From positions 410,705 to 474,704 of the forward strand of contig CAYFJV010000001.1 in assembly GCA_964343575.1 (NCBI GenBank): a stretch of 64,000 bases of DNA, written 5' to 3'. Made by a program: the position numbers and the translations under genes. This DNA is from an uncultured Methanosarcinales archaeon (GTDB taxonomy: Archaea; Nanobdellota; Nanobdellia; Woesearchaeales; GW2011-AR9). A model generated the notes under the pieces. That model had not been told where the DNA came from and did no database searches. It saw nothing but the letters and a program-made list of their open reading frames with translations. This document shows, one piece after another, positions 60,454-64,000 of the stretch (position 1 is its first letter; each line of letters opens with the position of its first letter).

Positions 60454-61968
60454 CTATACATAAGTCGGCCAAGTCACTGCATCTTCTGCCATTTGACTTC
60501 TATGAACTCTGGAGAGAGGAACAACGCAAGAGTATGGTCTTCCCAGATACTCTCGAACAGCATGAGTTAAGCCATTTATATCAGAAGTACACCTAGTACT
60601 ATCAACTTGGTCTCGTGCATCACCAAGGACAAGGACTTTAGACCCTTCTCCAAGCCGAGTAAGAATTGTTCTCATCTCATAAGGAGTAAAGTTTTGCGCC
60701 TCATCGATAATCATTAAAGTACGCTGAAAGGATCTTCCCCTCAAAAATCCAGAATATGCTAACTCAATCACTTCCCGATCAGGCAAGCCACGTCCATTCA
60801 CTGTTTTACCTTTAATATGGTTTCTGGTCTTCCCAAAATCTCCTTTAAATCTAGGGTGTAAGAACATATCCTCAAAAGAAATACCTTCTTGATATAGTCT
60901 GGTGAGTTTGTGCGCATCGGCATAAGATTCCAAATAGACTTTTATTTTCTGATATAAACCTCCTGGAAGAAAACCAAGATCTCGTTGTCTCCCCCCAACA
61001 AGGTCATTTGGTTTTAATACTACAATTCGGTCATAGCGATTATCACAGCCTTCAGGAATACCCATCCTTCTCCTTGATCTTTCTGGAAGTGTGAGTACTT
61101 GATCTAAAGCTGCAGCATAACTTAAGATTGTTTTTCCAGAACCAGCTGCACCAGAAATGAAAGCAATCCCCACATCAGGGTTGAGTAACGCATGTTCTAG
61201 AGCGAGATATTGGGTTGTATCCAAGGGTTCTATGCCAAAAAGATTTATTGGTGGCCTTCTGTTCCTGGTAACCTCTTGAAGAACTAAATCCTCCATACTG
61301 AGAATGCGAGTTCTGTGTGGATTTCTTCTTAAGGTGCCCGTAACCTTAGCGTAAGAACCTTTTCCTAAGCGTATAAACTGGTTGGGGTAAAGTTCGCGAT
61401 CAAGAATATCCATTGCCTCTTCTAATGGAATCTCTCCATCCCCTTGAAATACTGCTGTTGAAAGGTCCCCACTCCCTGCTAAAATTCCCTCCTCAAGAAT
61501 ACCTGGTCCAACTAGGAGAAATTTTGGTTTTTCTACCCTATGTGTTGCACTCAAAGAAACTGTCCTATAGGGATCTGCAGTCAAAATAACTGGTTTTTCT
61601 TCTCCAGACCTAGTAAGTACCGTGGTTACTCTCTCCACTTCTCCCAAAAAGGAACCTGATCTCTGCCCATTATCACCAACAAGAATGATATCCAAACCAC
61701 TAGAAACGCTATGAGTTATTACTCCATCCTCTACTTTTTTAGAACCATCTTGGCGTCTAGTTAGTGATGCCAAACGCTCTAAGGTTTTTCTTCCTCCAAA
61801 GGAAGACACTCCACTCTCAGGATCGTTTAAATCTCTAAGAAAAGATAATGGAACTACCACTGCATTTCTATGATCATCTCCACCATCGAGCTCATTAAAT
61901 GTTTCTGGACCCCCATACTCATAAACATCTGTTAAAGGGAGAAATCTCTTAGCATAGGCTCTTACCAT
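60454..61968 (-). CDS. PhoH-family ATPase with degenerate PIN-like N-terminus
   Basis: GAAGSGKT, LGFLPG, FLRGRSF, IIDEAQN, LTRLGEGSK, HRS. Confidence 0.88.
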   Translation of the reverse strand: MVRAYAKRFLPLTDVYEYGGPETFNELDGGDDHRNAVVVPLSFLRDLNDPESGVSSFGGRKTLERLASLTRRQDGSKKVEDGVITHSVSSGLDIILVGDNGQRSGSFLGEVERVTTVLTRSGEEKPVILTADPYRTVSLSATHRVEKPKFLLVGPGILEEGILAGSGDLSTAVFQGDGEIPLEEAMDILDRELYPNQFIRLGKGSYAKVTGTLRRNPHRTRILSMEDLVLQEVTRNRRPPINLFGIEPLDTTQYLALEHALLNPDVGIAFISGAAGSGKTILSYAAALDQVLTLPERSRRRMGIPEGCDNRYDRIVVLKPNDLVGGRQRDLGFLPGGLYQKIKVYLESYADAHKLTRLYQEGISFEDMFLHPRFKGDFGKTRNHIKGKTVNGRGLPDREVIELAYSGFLRGRSFQRTLMIIDEAQNFTPYEMRTILTRLGEGSKVLVLGDARDQVDSTRCTSDINGLTHAVREYLGRPYSCVVPLSRVHRSQMAEDAVTWPTYV

Positions 61969-62492
61969 CTATTTCTCCCATCCACTAAGACTGATTTTGC
62001 TTGAGCATAATTTATGTTAAGAAAATTTTTCTTCCCCCTGAATGCTCCCCTATTCATAACCAGGTCGTACAAAGTACTTCCATCTCTTAAAAGCCGGTCT
62101 CTTGCTGAACTTCTTCGGTGTTTTAGCCTGGAGAAAGTTCCTAAAAGAAGTGCGCTCTTTACCACTTCTAGTTCATCTTCCTCCCCAGGATTTGCCCCAA
62201 CATATAAATCGAAAGCTTGCTCAACACCTGCTGTTAACTGACTAAGCACAACAGTAGGATCTTGGTCAGAAGTGTTAACTATTTCCCTAAGTTTAGCATA
62301 AGCTGCTTTTACTTCCTCAAAGCGACGCTCCTCTGGGTCTCCAGAGGCTGTTGAAAAGTCAATCAAAGCCCCAAGAATTCCAAAACTCACTAAGCCCCCA
62401 CGAACCCTTGTGTCAGTAGTGTAGTCACCAACATCCCTAAAAAGAGTATAGAACTGTTCATCTGGTTTTCTATAAGGCCTAACTCTTCCCAT
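61962..62492 (-). CDS. Hypothetical protein, coupled to the PhoH-like gene
   Basis: Stop overlaps the PhoH start; similar composition. Confidence 0.65.
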   Translation of the reverse strand: MGRVRPYRKPDEQFYTLFRDVGDYTTDTRVRGGLVSFGILGALIDFSTASGDPEERRFEEVKAAYAKLREIVNTSDQDPTVVLSQLTAGVEQAFDLYVGANPGEEDELEVVKSALLLGTFSRLKHRRSSARDRLLRDGSTLYDLVMNRGAFRGKKNFLNINYAQAKSVLVDGRNRW

Positions 62493-62571
62493 TGGAAGAA
62501 AGGACTAGAAAACAACATATAAACAATTCTCTTTTAGAAAAGATATAAAGGAATCTAAGAAGGCTGGATAA

Positions 62572-63396
62572 TCACTCCAAGACTGCTTTCAAAGACTGTA
62601 AACCCACTTCTAACTGCTCATCACTTGGCTCTTTAGTAGTAATTCTTTGCAACCACAACCCTGGCTGAATCACAACTTTTACAAGAGGGTTACTAATAAA
62701 CTTACTACTCAGCTTAATCGCCTCATAGGCAATTCCTGCAATCACGGGAATGAGTGCAATTCTTCCAAACAGTTCTACTACCCAATTACCAGGAATAAGC
62801 ATAAAGACAATCACCGAAATGATCATTACCAAAAGTAAAAAAGAAGTACCACAACGTGGGTGAAATCTGCTAAACTTTCTTGCGTTCTTCACCGTAAGTT
62901 CCTCTTTTGCTTCATAACAAGCAATGCTCTTATGCTCTGCCCCATGATACTGAAACAAGGTTTGCACATCTTTCATTCTTGAAATGATAAGCAAATAAGC
63001 AAAGAAAAGAACAAAACGAAATGCCCCATCTATGGCATCAAAAAGCATACCTTCTGAATGAATAAAACGTGCTGAGAAGAAAGGAAGCACTACAAAGATA
63101 AGAACTGAAAGAATAATTGAAGAAGCGATAGTAAGCACCGCCTCAGCAGTAGAAATTTTTTCATCTTTTTCAAGCTGCTGGTTAGAACTCCAAATGAGCG
63201 CTCGCACCCCATCATACATAGTATAAACCAGGCCCACAACTCCCCTCACAAAAGGAAATTTGAAAAACTTCGGAAACTGGCTACTTTTTTTCTTCAGAAT
63301 CTTGATGTCGCCATCTTTGTTTCTGACAGCTACAGCAAAAGTCTCTTTATTGCGCATCATTACGCCTTCAATCACTGCTTGACCACCGACATCCAT
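62572..63396 (-). CDS. DUF1385 (YqhQ-like) membrane protein
   Basis: GGQAVIEGVMM, YHGAEHK, HPRCGTSF, LQRITTKEP. Confidence 0.93.
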   Translation of the reverse strand: MDVGGQAVIEGVMMRNKETFAVAVRNKDGDIKILKKKSSQFPKFFKFPFVRGVVGLVYTMYDGVRALIWSSNQQLEKDEKISTAEAVLTIASSIILSVLIFVVLPFFSARFIHSEGMLFDAIDGAFRFVLFFAYLLIISRMKDVQTLFQYHGAEHKSIACYEAKEELTVKNARKFSRFHPRCGTSFLLLVMIISVIVFMLIPGNWVVELFGRIALIPVIAGIAYEAIKLSSKFISNPLVKVVIQPGLWLQRITTKEPSDEQLEVGLQSLKAVLE

Positions 63397-63520
63397 CTTT
63401 GCTCAAAGAGGAGAAGAGCTATATAAAGATTTAGCCCAATTTCTCTCTTAACAAAGTTAATTCGTGGAGGAAAAAAGAAGAAAAAAGGGAACAAAAAGCG
63501 GGAGAAGGCTAGCTGAGTGC

Positions 63521-64000
63521 TTAGCCAAAAGAGGAGAGGCCCTTCTGAGAACTCTTTTTGAAAAGTTCATCCTCTGGGATGCCAAGGACATGTAAAATTG
63601 GTTCAACCGCAGGCAAGAGTTGTTTGTTAAGATAGTAATCGACATCATAACTCTTCTTCTCTTTCTTAAGCTCATCAAGGCGCTTAGCTTTGTCGCGGAT
63701 TAGACCCGTTCCTTCAGCAACCACATACTCAATGAGCATTCCTGTAGAGATTGGATGGCCTTCTTTTTTCATACGTTTTGCTACTGCCACATGTGGACTA
63801 AGCACCTTGTAAGAATCGAGTGGACGAGTAAGCTGCATTTTGATAGTCATTTGCTCAAGAGGGACTCTCTTTGCCCTTAGATCTTTAATGAGCTTTCTTA
63901 GAAAATTGAGCGCTTGCTCATTTTTCTCTTGCATGATTAGTTCGATAAAAGTTCTTTGCGCAGCTTTTGCAAACTTGCTCCAATTTCTACGCACCGTCTC
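63521..64000 (-). CDS. polB: Family B DNA polymerase, C-terminal part (runs off window)
   Basis: VRRNWS, Y...PHVAVA, YDVDYY..KQLLP, QKGLSSF (PIP-box-like). Confidence 0.92.
   Translation of the reverse strand, partial: ETVRRNWSKFAKAAQRTFIELIMQEKNEQALNFLRKLIKDLRAKRVPLEQMTIKMQLTRPLDSYKVLSPHVAVAKRMKKEGHPISTGMLIEYVVAEGTGLIRDKAKRLDELKKEKKSYDVDYYLNKQLLPAVEPILHVLGIPEDELFKKSSQKGLSSFG

Noticed and set aside
56845..62492. Provirus suggested by thymidine kinase, PhoH, SMC ATPase and nearby PolB
   Set aside because: No capsid, terminase, integrase or att pair; Rad50, DUF1385 and PolB look cellular.

Overview
Chromosomal segment of an archaeon, most likely DPANN (Woesearchaeota-like; this is an inference from archaeal information-processing genes with split rpoB/rpoA, gyrB, a LID-type adenylate kinase and many TATA-proximal starts). 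The standard genetic code fits. Most of the window is housekeeping: psmB, aCPSF1, CCA enzyme, rps2, radB, aMBF1, adk, truD, asnS, cmk, FKBP, ftsZ, gyrB, kae1, the rpoH-B''-B'-A'-A''-L30e-nusA-S12-S7 cluster, nnrD, rad50 and the 3' end of polB. There is also a membrane glycosylation locus. The unusual signals are mostly non-coding. (1) Four different tRNA genes are each followed by a 43-58 bp hairpin cassette flanked by a 13-18 bp duplication of that tRNA's own 3' end plus trailer, which looks like a tRNA-targeting miniature element. (2) A related hairpin motif forms the core of three tRNA introns; 7 of the 8 tRNAs carry introns, one has two non-canonical introns, and one is a rare tRNA-Ile(UAU). 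(3) Two diverged, covarying copies of an unannotated structured element lie at 8378-8560 and 10931-11058. (4) A regulator plus small basic protein module is tandemly duplicated. Also noted: a pore-less voltage-sensor protein, a permease-methyltransferase fusion and a class of Lys-poor orphan genes. All calls were made by eye; no searches were run.
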